Assembly: GCA_037481835.1 (NCBI GenBank)
Contig: JBBFKW010000009.1
Span: forward strand, 1 to 64,000
Source of the DNA: Desulfosoma sp.
Lineage (GTDB): Bacteria; Desulfobacterota; Syntrophobacteria; Syntrophobacterales; DSM-9756
Direction of reading: 5' to 3'
Length of the DNA: 64,000 nucleotides
Shown here: piece by piece, positions 9,844 to 19,508 of the stretch
Layout of the letters: each line of letters starts with the position of its first letter
Numbering within the stretch: position 1 is the first letter of the stretch
Notes under the pieces: model-generated
Told to the model about the DNA's origin: nothing
The model's input: only the letters and a program-made list of their open reading frames with translations
Databases searched by the model: none
Position numbers and translations under genes: made by a program

Positions 9844-12800
9844 AGTTCCATTCGCTCCTCAATGATCCCTTCAAGCTCGAGGTATCGATCCCGGATCAAA
9901 GCCTCCTCCTCGTCCGTGGGCGACCAGTACCCCCTTTCCTTGGCTTCCAGCAAACGAGCCAGGATTTGTTCCATGGCGAAACGGTTGTTTTCCGCCATGC
10001 GCCGGAACAGCTCATCGTCCCTCGCGTATCGGTCAACAAGGCGTGACCAGATCCATTCCCCCACGGCATGGGTGGTTGCGGCAAAGCCGATGAGGTTTTC
10101 CACCCGGTCGGCGATCTTTTGGGCGCCGTGGAAGTGGTGAGCCAGGAGGCCCTCGATCCACTTGGGGTTAAGGAGTCGGGTGCGAACACCCCGCTCCAGC
10201 GCCGCTTTCACGTTTTCCGTTCTCACGACTTCCTTCGTGGTGTCCGAGATCAACATGACCGGGGGGACGCCCCGCACCATTTCCACGCTCCGGCACAGGC
10301 CCCCGAAAAACTCGTAATAGTGGTCCAGATCCATGATCTCGTACTCGTGGGAGTCGCGAATCTGGCTCACGAGTTCCACGCGCCGCACAGACTCCTTGTA
10401 AAGCTCTGGAACCTTCCTGCCGTGCAAAGCCCCACCGTAAAGGTGCTGCATAGAGGTCATAAACAGCGAGGCGATCTCCTGTTCATCCTTCCACGCACCC
10501 GATTCGATGAGGGTCGTGACCCGAGTGCCGTATTCCCCGGCACGGGGGCCGAAGATGCGCCCGACCGCCAAGTGTTCCCGTTCCTCCTCGTCGGCCGTCA
10601 CATCTTCGAGGCTCTGTCTTATGCGATCAGTGTGGTCCCGGACGAAATTGTGTTCCGGGGGTTCGTCGAGCTGGGAGACCAGCTGGAACGCTCGGTGGAG
10701 CAGGTCCAACACGTTGGGGTACATATCGCGGAAAAAGCCGCAAATCTGCACTAGGCAGTCCACTCGGGGTCGTCCCAACTCCTCCAAGGGGATGGGCTCC
10801 AACTTTTTGTGATAGGGGTTGCCGTCGGGGGCAATGCGTACCCCCAAGTATCCTAAAACCTGGGCCACCGTTTCCCCGCGGGTCTTTGTCGTCTCGAAGC
10901 CCCACAGGATCACGGCGACGCTTCTGGGATAGGCTCCCTGTTCGGCTCGGAAATGTTCCAGCGTTTTTTCCGCAATGCTCAGTCCCCGTCGCATGGCCTC
11001 TTCCGAGGGCACCAGTCTGGGATCGAACTGAAAGGAATTGCGTCCCGTGGGAAGCGCCTCGGGATTGCGCAGCGGATCTCCCCCTAACCCGGGCTCCACG
11101 TAACCTCCCCGTAAGGCTCGGAAAAAGTTCTCGTACTCCAAACGAGCATCCAGCTTCCTTACCGCATCCAGAGCCTTTTCCACCGCGGCTCGCCAAAGGG
11201 GGTCGTCGGGAAAAACTTTCTCGGTCCACGCCCTTCGAACAACCCGGCGCACCTCACCTTCGATCTCCTCCAAAACCCCCAGGGAATGCGGGCCTCCTGC
11301 CCCGTCACCCTTGCCTGAAAGCAGCATGTCGTAATCAAGGCCTCTGGATTGGGCGATGAGCCGGTGCAGGGACGGGCATCCATCCCTGTCGTAGCGGAGA
11401 AAAAAGACGGCGAAGTCCATACGCTCGTCTTCGCCGACACTTTCCCCGAGGACGTGCAGCCCGCACGGAATCAGGGTCCGCTTCATCACGAAGAGTTCCT
11501 CCTGGAGGGAGGCAACGTCTGAGGCGCTGAGTTCCAGAGCCCGGGCCTTCTCGAAAAGGCGCTTTTCCAGCCGTTGGGCGCGATCGGGGTGCAGCATTTG
11601 GGCTTCCAGGTACTCCTCGATAAGGCGTTCCAGAACCTCATAGTCGTCGTACAACCCTGCCACCGTAAACGCCGGGGAGTTATAATTGATGAGGACACCC
11701 AGACTGCGCCTTTTGGCGATGGTCGCTTCGGAGGCGTTGACGACGTGATAGAAGTAAAGGTGGGGAAGATTGCCGATGAGGGCTTCAGGAAAGCACCGCC
11801 GGCTGACCCCCACCTCCTTGCCTTTTAAGAATTCCAGGGTGCCGTGGGTTCCCACATGGACCACGCAATCGGCCTGCCAGATTTCTTCGAGCCATCGATA
11901 AAAGGCCACGTATTGGTGATGAGGCGGCACGGTCTTGTCGTGGCCGATTTTATCCGGATCCTCGTGAAAGCCCCGAACGGGTTGCACCCCTAAAAGGACG
12001 TTGCCGAACTCCAAAACCGGCACAAAAAGATCGCGCCCGTCTGTCATGATGCGACCCGGCGAACGGCCCCACAGCGCGTTCACTTCTTCCGCGGGTGGAA
12101 GTTTTTCAAGAATCTCTTGGTAAGCGCCTCCGTTGAACTTCACGCCGCCGAATCCTCCGGCTTTCAGGTCGGTCCACCGGGAAGAATTGACCAGCCGCTT
12201 CTTCAGCAGGTACTCGCCGAGCGTTCCTTCTTCAGGCAAACCCGAGACGGAAAACCCACGGCGCTGCATCTCCCGAAAGAGTTTTTCCAGACTTCGGAAG
12301 GTGTCCAGGTAGGCGGCGGAGCCCAAATTGTCCTCTCCGGGGGGATTATCATAGACAACAAAGGCCACGCGCTTTTCCGCATCGGCTTTGTGCTGCAAAA
12401 CAATCCATCGACGAACGCGCTCCGCCACACGATCAATGCGATCCTCCAGGGGAACGACCCTTTTGAAGGTCATGCCTTCAGGATCACTTTCCTTTTTGAG
12501 GCCCGCCGTGGGGATGGGCTCGATCATGCCGTCCAGTTCGGGCAAAACCACGGTGGTCAGGATTTCCACAGGGCTAAGACCCCGCTCGCTCTCCTCCCAC
12601 CTTGCCACTTCTCCGCCGTACATGGGGCATCCCGCAAAAATGGGAACATTCATGTCCTTGAGAATGCCTATGGCGTCTTGAGGAGAGTCTGCCGTGAAAG
12701 TGACGAGCTGAAACCACTGGAGGTAGACGACTGCACCGACAGTGCTCCGACCATCCTTCATAAAATGGTGGCGCATGGCCGCCAGGTTATGGCCTGTTTT

Positions 12801-13601
12801 CGCAAAAACTGGACGGACGGCCATGCCCTTGCGCATAAAGGCTTTGGCAAGGGCTTCGGTCGGAATGAGGCTTTGAGAGAAGTGCATGCCGCCGTAAAAA
12901 AGCAGACCCACGGAAGGAATGCCGTTCGTCCATGGCGCGCCGGGCTCCAGACGGTACCCGTTCGAGGTCGAAACCTGGAACGCGAAATTGTAAAGGCCGT
13001 GGTCCGGGAAAACCACCGGGCCGGGCACGGATAAGTGCCGGTGTCCAAGATATTCTTTCGCCGCAAAGGCGATGAGCAGGGCAATGTTTTCGGCTCCTCC
13101 TTCCTGCCAGTAGCGCATCATACGGACCCAGTTCCTGGCATGCTTCAAGGGACCAAAAGGAAGCAGTCTCCCGATCCTTTCGGTCCACTGCATTCCCGTT
13201 TGGATCCACCTCAGATTGAATTCTCCTTTGGAGGGGGACGGTCTCTTTTTGGAGGAACGATTTAGGGCCTTATCCAGGGAAAAAGAGCCGAGCCGAAGCA
13301 ATCTTAATGTTTCGGGGCTTCCCCCCAAAAGCAAAACGACCGGTTGCGACGTCAGAGGAAGAACACGGGCGCACACGGCCGCTGTTCGGCCGCCTCCGCG
13401 AAGATCCAGGAACACCAGGTGAGAGCTGCGGAGGCTCTCTTCGAGGCGGCGCGCCGCCTCGGCGTTTTCGTCCACATCTTGCGTGGAGAACACCTTGAAA
13501 ACACATTCCCTTGAAAACCTTTCGCGAAAATGCCGCACACCCTCCCAAACGGCTTCGGTCAGAGCAGCATTGACAACGAAAGTCAACGTGTCTCGATGCA
13601 C
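9840..13601 (-). CDS. Class I chelatase large subunit, CobN/BchH family
   Basis: 1253 aa; LPELDG, PPHHQY, HVGTHGTLEF, SEATIAKRR, LPTGRN, RTRLLNPKWIEG. Confidence 0.9.
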   Translation of the reverse strand: MHRDTLTFVVNAALTEAVWEGVRHFRERFSRECVFKVFSTQDVDENAEAARRLEESLRSSHLVFLDLRGGGRTAAVCARVLPLTSQPVVLLLGGSPETLRLLRLGSFSLDKALNRSSKKRPSPSKGEFNLRWIQTGMQWTERIGRLLPFGPLKHARNWVRMMRYWQEGGAENIALLIAFAAKEYLGHRHLSVPGPVVFPDHGLYNFAFQVSTSNGYRLEPGAPWTNGIPSVGLLFYGGMHFSQSLIPTEALAKAFMRKGMAVRPVFAKTGHNLAAMRHHFMKDGRSTVGAVVYLQWFQLVTFTADSPQDAIGILKDMNVPIFAGCPMYGGEVARWEESERGLSPVEILTTVVLPELDGMIEPIPTAGLKKESDPEGMTFKRVVPLEDRIDRVAERVRRWIVLQHKADAEKRVAFVVYDNPPGEDNLGSAAYLDTFRSLEKLFREMQRRGFSVSGLPEEGTLGEYLLKKRLVNSSRWTDLKAGGFGGVKFNGGAYQEILEKLPPAEEVNALWGRSPGRIMTDGRDLFVPVLEFGNVLLGVQPVRGFHEDPDKIGHDKTVPPHHQYVAFYRWLEEIWQADCVVHVGTHGTLEFLKGKEVGVSRRCFPEALIGNLPHLYFYHVVNASEATIAKRRSLGVLINYNSPAFTVAGLYDDYEVLERLIEEYLEAQMLHPDRAQRLEKRLFEKARALELSASDVASLQEELFVMKRTLIPCGLHVLGESVGEDERMDFAVFFLRYDRDGCPSLHRLIAQSRGLDYDMLLSGKGDGAGGPHSLGVLEEIEGEVRRVVRRAWTEKVFPDDPLWRAAVEKALDAVRKLDARLEYENFFRALRGGYVEPGLGGDPLRNPEALPTGRNSFQFDPRLVPSEEAMRRGLSIAEKTLEHFRAEQGAYPRSVAVILWGFETTKTRGETVAQVLGYLGVRIAPDGNPYHKKLEPIPLEELGRPRVDCLVQICGFFRDMYPNVLDLLHRAFQLVSQLDEPPEHNFVRDHTDRIRQSLEDVTADEEEREHLAVGRIFGPRAGEYGTRVTTLIESGAWKDEQEIASLFMTSMQHLYGGALHGRKVPELYKESVRRVELVSQIRDSHEYEIMDLDHYYEFFGGLCRSVEMVRGVPPVMLISDTTKEVVRTENVKAALERGVRTRLLNPKWIEGLLAHHFHGAQKIADRVENLIGFAATTHAVGEWIWSRLVDRYARDDELFRRMAENNRFAMEQILARLLEAKERGYWSPTDEEEALIRDRYLELEGIIEERMEL

Positions 13602-13618
13602 AGCGTCTCCTTTCCCCG

Positions 13619-13665
13619 AAAAAGAAAAGCCGTGAATGCGCCGAATAAGACGCCTTCACGGCCTT
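13619..13665 (-). promoter_or_regulatory. Leader terminator/attenuator hairpin, copy 2
   Basis: AAGGCCGTGAAGGCG-TCTTATTCGG-CGCATTCACGGC-TTTTCTTTTT, ending 17 nt before the chelatase GTG. Confidence 0.75.
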
Positions 13666-13699
13666 GAAAGCTCCTTCTTAGAGCCTCTATTCGCGTATC

Positions 13700-13728
13700 C
13701 GTATATCCACGAAATATGACTATGTCAA
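13700..13728 (-). promoter_or_regulatory. Putative sigma70 promoter of the chelatase operon
   Basis: TTGACA-17 nt-TATACG on the minus strand. Confidence 0.5.
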
Positions 13729-13746
13729 TGAGAAATTTCCCTCTCC

Positions 13747-14382
13747 TTACGGCGAAGCAAAGGATGGCCGTACTTGCGGCTCTGATGGGCCTTTTGACGC
13801 CTTGAGGAAGTATCGACCGGGTACGTCTTCGAGGTGCGCCAAGGAGAGGCCCGCCTCGGCAATGAGGCGGGCCATGGCGCCCTGGTCCGGAAGAACGTCC
13901 CGGCGGACATCTTCATGGCTGGCGTGGTGCCGGGCCAGTTCGTCGCGGCTCAAAAGATGGGCGATGACGAGGCAGCCCCCGTCTTTGAGCACGCGGGCCA
14001 TTTCGGCCAAGGCCCTGAGGGGATCGTCGAAATGGGGAAAGGCGGCGAAACAGATCACCCGGTCGAAGGCGCCGCTTCGGCACGGAAGGGCGTGCACATC
14101 CGCCCGGAGCACGGCGGTGCGCGGCGACGCGCATTTTTTTGAAGCCTCCACCGTCATGGCCCACGCCAGATCAAAAGCGAGAATTCGACCTTCGGGGCCC
14201 ACCAGGCGTCGCAGGTAAGGGATGAGAATCCCCGGTCCGGTCCCCACGTCCAAGACTGTCTCCCCGCGGGAGACTTGGAACTCTGGAAGGAGTTCCTCCA
14301 ACCGCACCCGCACATCCGGCGGATAACAGGTTTTCTCCCAGGATGGGGCGCGCGCTTCAAAAAAATCCACCTTTCCCGCCAT
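13747..14382 (-). CDS. Class I SAM-dependent methyltransferase (UbiE-like)
   Basis: VLDVGTGPG motif I, FDRVICFAAFPHF, RVLKDGG. Confidence 0.85.
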   Translation of the reverse strand: MAGKVDFFEARAPSWEKTCYPPDVRVRLEELLPEFQVSRGETVLDVGTGPGILIPYLRRLVGPEGRILAFDLAWAMTVEASKKCASPRTAVLRADVHALPCRSGAFDRVICFAAFPHFDDPLRALAEMARVLKDGGCLVIAHLLSRDELARHHASHEDVRRDVLPDQGAMARLIAEAGLSLAHLEDVPGRYFLKASKGPSEPQVRPSFASP

Positions 14383-14424
14383 GCCGCCTTCCCCTTCCAA
14401 CGACCCCTTTCTCGGGTCGCCCGA

Positions 14425-16389
14425 TCAGAACATCACCTTGGCACCCACCATGACGTTGGTGCCGGGCATGGGATAGCCCGGAAGATATTCGTAGTCTTCA
14501 TCCAGGATGTTTTCCACGGCCACGTAGATCGTTCCGTCCGCCTTCCAGAACGGCACGGGGAAGCGGTAGCTCAATTTGCCGTTCACCAAGAGGTACGAGT
14601 CCACCTCCTGGGTGTTCACCGCGCCGACGCGGCGGGCCTGTTCCCGAACCGTCATGGAATCCACATGTTCCGCATCCAGACTCAGCGTCCACCGGTCAAG
14701 AAAACACCAGTTGATCCCGGCGCTCACCGTCCACTCGGGTGTATAGGGCAGGTCCTCCGGGTCTGCGTCCAGGACGGTGGCCCCCAGGAACAAAGCCAGC
14801 CGATCCGTGGGATACACGGTCGCCGTCGCTTCCACACCTTTGAGAGTGTAGTCTTCCACATTGTCGTAGATGGGCGGGAACGGAGGCGGCGGCACCACCA
14901 CGTAGCGATCGGAGCCCTCGTCTCGAAAGGCCGTGACGTCCACCGTAAGCCGGCGCCCCCACCGATGGCGCACGCCCACCTCAAAATGGTCCAACACCTC
15001 CGGATCCAGGTCTTTCCACGTCTCTTTCAGGGCCGGAATGACCTTTTGCGAAAAAACGACCACATCCAACCCGGGGTATAACACTCCACGAGCGTATCCG
15101 GCGTGGAGTTCCGTGTCCTTGTAGCCGACGATCACCCCGGCGTGGGGCGCCCATTGGGCATCGAAGTCCGTGTGATCGTAGTAACGGATTCCCGCCGAAG
15201 GGGTGACGTGAAATCCTTGGGCATCGCCGAAGGTATGACTGAGGGCGGCATACGGCGAAAGGATGGTGAAGTCATGGCCGTCCCACACGTCTTTCTTGCC
15301 GTCGGTGAAATAGGCCACATAATCCCCTTCGGTGCGATCCCAGTCCAGACCCGTGACGAGTTCGCCGCCCGGCCATAGAGAAAAGCGTTCGCGGGCCTTG
15401 AGTCCGTAGAAGAGGAAATCGTTGAAAAGATCCTCGCGAACTCCGGCCGTGGATGTGGGCTGGTCCAGCCAGTCGCCTTCACCGCCGCTTCGATACACTT
15501 TGATGGATCCGGCGGCTTTTTCGTATTCATTGGTCAAAGCAGCCGAAAGAAGCCACAGGCGGGTTTCGTAACGGCCCTGCCGTTGGCTCAAGGGAGCCCC
15601 CTTGACGCCGGGATCGTCGGCGTAATTATCGTTCCACAAGGTAAAGGCATAGGCCTTCCAGTTGGGATCCAGATCCCAGCGCACGCGGGCGTAGGCGTTC
15701 CCCAAGGCCCCATCGGCATTGTCGCGGTGGCCGTCCGACCGGCGGTAGGCCCCCCCGAAATAGTAGTTCACCGGGCCGAACCGTCCCCCGTGTTCCCCTC
15801 GGCCGACCACGGTTTCATAGCTCCCGTAGGCTCCTTCCAGCCGCGTTTCATAGCCTTCCTTGGGTGCCGACTTGGGCACGAGGTTCACCGCGGCGAAGGC
15901 GTTGCCGAAAAGGTGCGGCTGCGGGCTTTTGTAGACTTCCACGGCTTGCGCCGGATCGATGGGCAAGAGATCCAGCAGGGGATGGTTCCAGATGCTCATG
16001 TAGACGGGCACGCCGTCCACGAAGGTTTTGATTTCCGCCCCGGGTCGGCTCGATCCCAATCCGCGGATGAACACGGCCCCTCCCGTAGCCCCGCCGAAGG
16101 ATCCCACGGGATTGTACCGGGAAATGGTCACTCCGGGAGTGCGTCGAAGGGCGGTCTGCAAGTCCTGGGCGTTCAAGTCCTCCATCTGCTCTTGACTCAC
16201 CACGGTCTTTTGCGTGGCGAAGGCGTCCCCTTGGTTTCCTTCGATAATGGGCGAGGCCACCACTTGAACCGGTTCCAAAACGGCTCGGGTCGTTTCGGCC
16301 TCGCCGGCATGGTTCACGGACACTGCGAGAAAAAAGCCGAGAATCCCAACGGCGATGAACACCGAACGTCGACGTGCGTTGTGAAACAT
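14425..16389 (-). CDS. TonB-dependent receptor
   Basis: Likely start MFHNARRR after AAAGGAG; plug (ALRRTPGV, VDGVP), VENILDEDY, C-terminal Phe. Confidence 0.9.
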   Translation of the reverse strand: MFHNARRRSVFIAVGILGFFLAVSVNHAGEAETTRAVLEPVQVVASPIIEGNQGDAFATQKTVVSQEQMEDLNAQDLQTALRRTPGVTISRYNPVGSFGGATGGAVFIRGLGSSRPGAEIKTFVDGVPVYMSIWNHPLLDLLPIDPAQAVEVYKSPQPHLFGNAFAAVNLVPKSAPKEGYETRLEGAYGSYETVVGRGEHGGRFGPVNYYFGGAYRRSDGHRDNADGALGNAYARVRWDLDPNWKAYAFTLWNDNYADDPGVKGAPLSQRQGRYETRLWLLSAALTNEYEKAAGSIKVYRSGGEGDWLDQPTSTAGVREDLFNDFLFYGLKARERFSLWPGGELVTGLDWDRTEGDYVAYFTDGKKDVWDGHDFTILSPYAALSHTFGDAQGFHVTPSAGIRYYDHTDFDAQWAPHAGVIVGYKDTELHAGYARGVLYPGLDVVVFSQKVIPALKETWKDLDPEVLDHFEVGVRHRWGRRLTVDVTAFRDEGSDRYVVVPPPPFPPIYDNVEDYTLKGVEATATVYPTDRLALFLGATVLDADPEDLPYTPEWTVSAGINWCFLDRWTLSLDAEHVDSMTVREQARRVGAVNTQEVDSYLLVNGKLSYRFPVPFWKADGTIYVAVENILDEDYEYLPGYPMPGTNVMVGAKVMF

Positions 16390-16418
16390 CGCGGATGACT
16401 CCTTTCTCGGACCAACGG

Positions 16419-17051
16419 CTAGTCCTTTAGGCGTGAAATCCCTTCGGCGCAGCCCCGGCAAAGCGGCCCAGACGGTCCGGAGACCATCTTGCTCGGCATG
16501 GTGGGTTCGCCGCACCGCGGGCACGGTGTGGACGGTTCCATGCGCGCCCTTTCCGGCACGGGTCCGTCCACAAAGGTCGCCCGGAAAAGATCTTCGGGAT
16601 CCGTGCCCAGGATTTCCCGGGTGCGTTGGGCGTGGAGCTGTTCGAAGCGCGCCCTTTCGGCCGCATCGGCTTGGCCGCTCAAAATCTTTTTCAGGAGTTG
16701 GGCGTGTTCCGGATCTTGTCCGAGGACATCCCCTTTCAGGGACACCCGAACGCCCCGGCCCGAGCGGCGGCTGAAGAGCGTAAGGGCGATCTTTCCGTAG
16801 TCTTTGTGGAAAAAATTGCCCTTGCCGAAGGTGCACCCGGTGAGGACCTGAACGGCGTCCACGAAACAGGCGTCGTTTTCCACCACGGCCACCAATTCCT
16901 CGTCTTCGGCGCGGCTGTCTTCCCGAAGCTTGGCCATGGCCAGGCGACTCGCCGCATATCCCAGGGCCAGTCCCGGACACACATGGCCGTGGAAGGCCGC
17001 GCACCGCTGCCACAAGGCTTCGCCCTGCTCTGAAAGGATCCCGTTCTCCAT
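16419..17051 (-). CDS. FmdE-family protein with C-terminal Zn finger
   Basis: FHGHVCPGLALG, ENDACFVDAVQVLTGCTFGKGN, CPRCGE...CRGC. Confidence 0.9.
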   Translation of the reverse strand: MENGILSEQGEALWQRCAAFHGHVCPGLALGYAASRLAMAKLREDSRAEDEELVAVVENDACFVDAVQVLTGCTFGKGNFFHKDYGKIALTLFSRRSGRGVRVSLKGDVLGQDPEHAQLLKKILSGQADAAERARFEQLHAQRTREILGTDPEDLFRATFVDGPVPERARMEPSTPCPRCGEPTMPSKMVSGPSGPLCRGCAEGISRLKD

Positions 17052-17102
17052 CGCCTCTTTCCTTCTTATGGTTCGAAACAGTGTTTTTTCCAAAAGTTCC
17101 GC

Positions 17103-19391
17103 CTAAAACTCCAAGGTGGCCGAGATGATGGCCGTCAGCGGCGCTCCCGCATAGTAGCTGGCCGCCCCGCCCCGACTGTCGTCGGAGACGTTGATGAGCG
17201 ACACGTACCTTTTGTTGAATATGTTATAGATATCCAAAGACAGGTTCAGCGTATTGTTGAAGAAAACGTTTTTCCATTTGTATCGGGCGCCGAAATCCAC
17301 CACGGTGTATGAGTCGATTTTTTCGTTGTGCTGGATGTCCCCGTAGCGTTTCCCGGAAAAGCGGATGGAGGGGATGAGCTCCAGGTCCTTGTAGCTGTAT
17401 AGGACGCCGGCTCTCACCATGTATTTCGGTGTATCCACCACCTGTTCCCCTTCCACATCGAAGGTCTGTCCTTGATAGGTGATGTCTTCATCGTATTCCA
17501 ACACCGTGAAGGTCGGGTTGACGAACAGGGTCAGGTTTTTCATGAGAAAGACGTTGGTTTCCACGTCCAGGCCGTAGCCCTTGGCCTTGCCGATGTTTTG
17601 CTGGTAGCTCAGATTTACGCGCGGGTCGTAGACCGTGGTCAGCAGGTTCTTGTGCCTGGCGTAAAAGAGTGTCGGGGCCAGTTCGAACCATCGGGTGTTC
17701 CACCGGAAGCCCAGGTCCACGTTGTCGGAGCGTTCGATGTCATAGCCTTCGAAGAGATCGTTGAGGGTCACGCCGGCGGCTTGAAACTTGGACCGGTTTG
17801 TGCTGTAGAGGCTGATCAGGGGCATGTACGAATAAGGCCGGATGAAGTTCTTGCCGTAGCTCGCGTACACGGAAAGATCTTCAAAGATGCGGTAGCCCAG
17901 GCCTACCGTGGGGAGCCATATCTCATAGGTGCGGCCTTCCCGGTTGAGGTCCGGGGCCGGCACGGGGGTGTAGCTCGGGGCCGGGGTCGTGTAGCCTTCG
18001 CTGTCGGAATCTTCGAAGCGGAAGTACTTCATCCCCGCCTGCCAGTCAAACGGGCCGTGAGACCCGGACACTTTCAGGTACGGGCTGTGAATGAAAGTCG
18101 TCCCCGTGGTGGCGGCCACTCCCACGCCTTTGTAGACGAGGCTCATTCCCGAAATCCCGTAGTTTTGGGACGTAATGTTCATATCCGATTCTTCGTACAG
18201 ATACCCCAGCGTGGCGGCGAAAGGCGCCCATGACCCCCGCGCTTCGGCGATGATCCCCGTGCGGTCGATGTCCCGGTAGCGCTTCTGGATCAAGCCGCCC
18301 TGGGATGCGGTGCCTTGGTAAATCTCCGTGTCTTCGTCCGCATAGTAGGGCTTGAGGACAAACTGGAAATGCTCCCAGGGCTTGAAGGTCAGCAGGGCGA
18401 AGACATCGCTGTTGTTGTACGATCCCTTGTTGTAATCGTAGTAATCGATGTCTTGTGCGGGAACCCCCGTTCGGGATTTGTTGTAGTCCTTGTTGTAAGT
18501 ATTCGAAAGATCGCGCGTTTGTTGGTAGGTGAGCGCTTTGTAAAGGTTTTGATCCAGATCGTTCATATTGACCCACAGCTTGGCGTCCAACCAATCGCCC
18601 ACGGATTGTTGCACCATGACGTTGGCGTTGTTTCGAGGGCCCACTTTGCCGGGGCCTTTCCACTTGTCCACTTCGGTATAGGAGTAGGAAGCGCTGAGCT
18701 TGGTCCCCAGGGGCTCGATGCTCCCGGAATCCACGCGGCCCACCGTGCGCGTGTAGCTGTGAGACCCCACGCTTTGGCCGAGGCTCACGCCGAAATCCTC
18801 CTGAGGCCATTTGGGCTGAAGCCACAGCGCCCCCCCGCGGGATCCCACGCCGGTGCCCAAATCTCCCGGCACGGCGCCTTTGTAGACGGACACCGATTCC
18901 ACGTTGATCATGTCGTAGATGTAGTCGCGAGGGCCGATGGGGTTGCCGCCGTAATTGGGAATGCCTTCCACGGTGAGGGCCCCCAGGTAGCCGCGCACCC
19001 CCCGGACTCGGATGGCTTGCTGTTCGGCGGCCAATCCGAAGGGGTCGGCGCTTTCCACCTGGATGCCGGGAAGGATGCGCAGGGTTTCGTACACGCTGGT
19101 GGACGCCCGAGGCCCTTGGGCCTCAATGCCTTTCGTGGTCACCGCCGTCCCCGTGTAGACCGTTTCATCCGCCTGCCGCGTGGGCGTGAGGATCCTTTCG
19201 GCCTCGACGACGATGTCTTCCACCTTCTTTTGAGCCGTAGATTGCTCCTCCGCCAAAGCGGGCACGGCGGCAAAGAACGCTGCGGATAGGAAAAGCACCG
19301 CGGCAAGGCTTCTGAGCGTCCTCCACCTCGAAAGGGATTCTTTGCCGTACTCCGTGGCATGCGTGGTAGGTGCGATGAATGTCGTCTTCAT
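17103..19391 (-). CDS. TonB-dependent receptor
   Basis: Start after GAGGAGGAGG; signal peptide, plug (IRVRG, VYKGAVP), YNIFNKRY, C-terminal Phe. Confidence 0.9.
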   Translation of the reverse strand: MKTTFIAPTTHATEYGKESLSRWRTLRSLAAVLFLSAAFFAAVPALAEEQSTAQKKVEDIVVEAERILTPTRQADETVYTGTAVTTKGIEAQGPRASTSVYETLRILPGIQVESADPFGLAAEQQAIRVRGVRGYLGALTVEGIPNYGGNPIGPRDYIYDMINVESVSVYKGAVPGDLGTGVGSRGGALWLQPKWPQEDFGVSLGQSVGSHSYTRTVGRVDSGSIEPLGTKLSASYSYTEVDKWKGPGKVGPRNNANVMVQQSVGDWLDAKLWVNMNDLDQNLYKALTYQQTRDLSNTYNKDYNKSRTGVPAQDIDYYDYNKGSYNNSDVFALLTFKPWEHFQFVLKPYYADEDTEIYQGTASQGGLIQKRYRDIDRTGIIAEARGSWAPFAATLGYLYEESDMNITSQNYGISGMSLVYKGVGVAATTGTTFIHSPYLKVSGSHGPFDWQAGMKYFRFEDSDSEGYTTPAPSYTPVPAPDLNREGRTYEIWLPTVGLGYRIFEDLSVYASYGKNFIRPYSYMPLISLYSTNRSKFQAAGVTLNDLFEGYDIERSDNVDLGFRWNTRWFELAPTLFYARHKNLLTTVYDPRVNLSYQQNIGKAKGYGLDVETNVFLMKNLTLFVNPTFTVLEYDEDITYQGQTFDVEGEQVVDTPKYMVRAGVLYSYKDLELIPSIRFSGKRYGDIQHNEKIDSYTVVDFGARYKWKNVFFNNTLNLSLDIYNIFNKRYVSLINVSDDSRGGAASYYAGAPLTAIISATLEF

Positions 19392-19508
19392 GGAACCCTC
19401 CTCCTCGTTAATTTTCCACCTTTTTTGCCATAACCCACTTCCGATGGGTTTTTTGGGGGTTCCATGTCCCCGCGATCGTTTCCAACGCCAAAGCCCCAGA
19501 CACCTCAT

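Noticed and set aside
2044..13601. Photosynthesis (Mg-chelatase) interpretation
   Set aside because: No other bch/chl or reaction-centre genes in the window; the context is transport.
16390..17013. N-terminal extension of the 862-aa receptor ORF
   Set aside because: Overlaps the FmdE gene in another frame; an RBS and signal peptide support a start at 16389.
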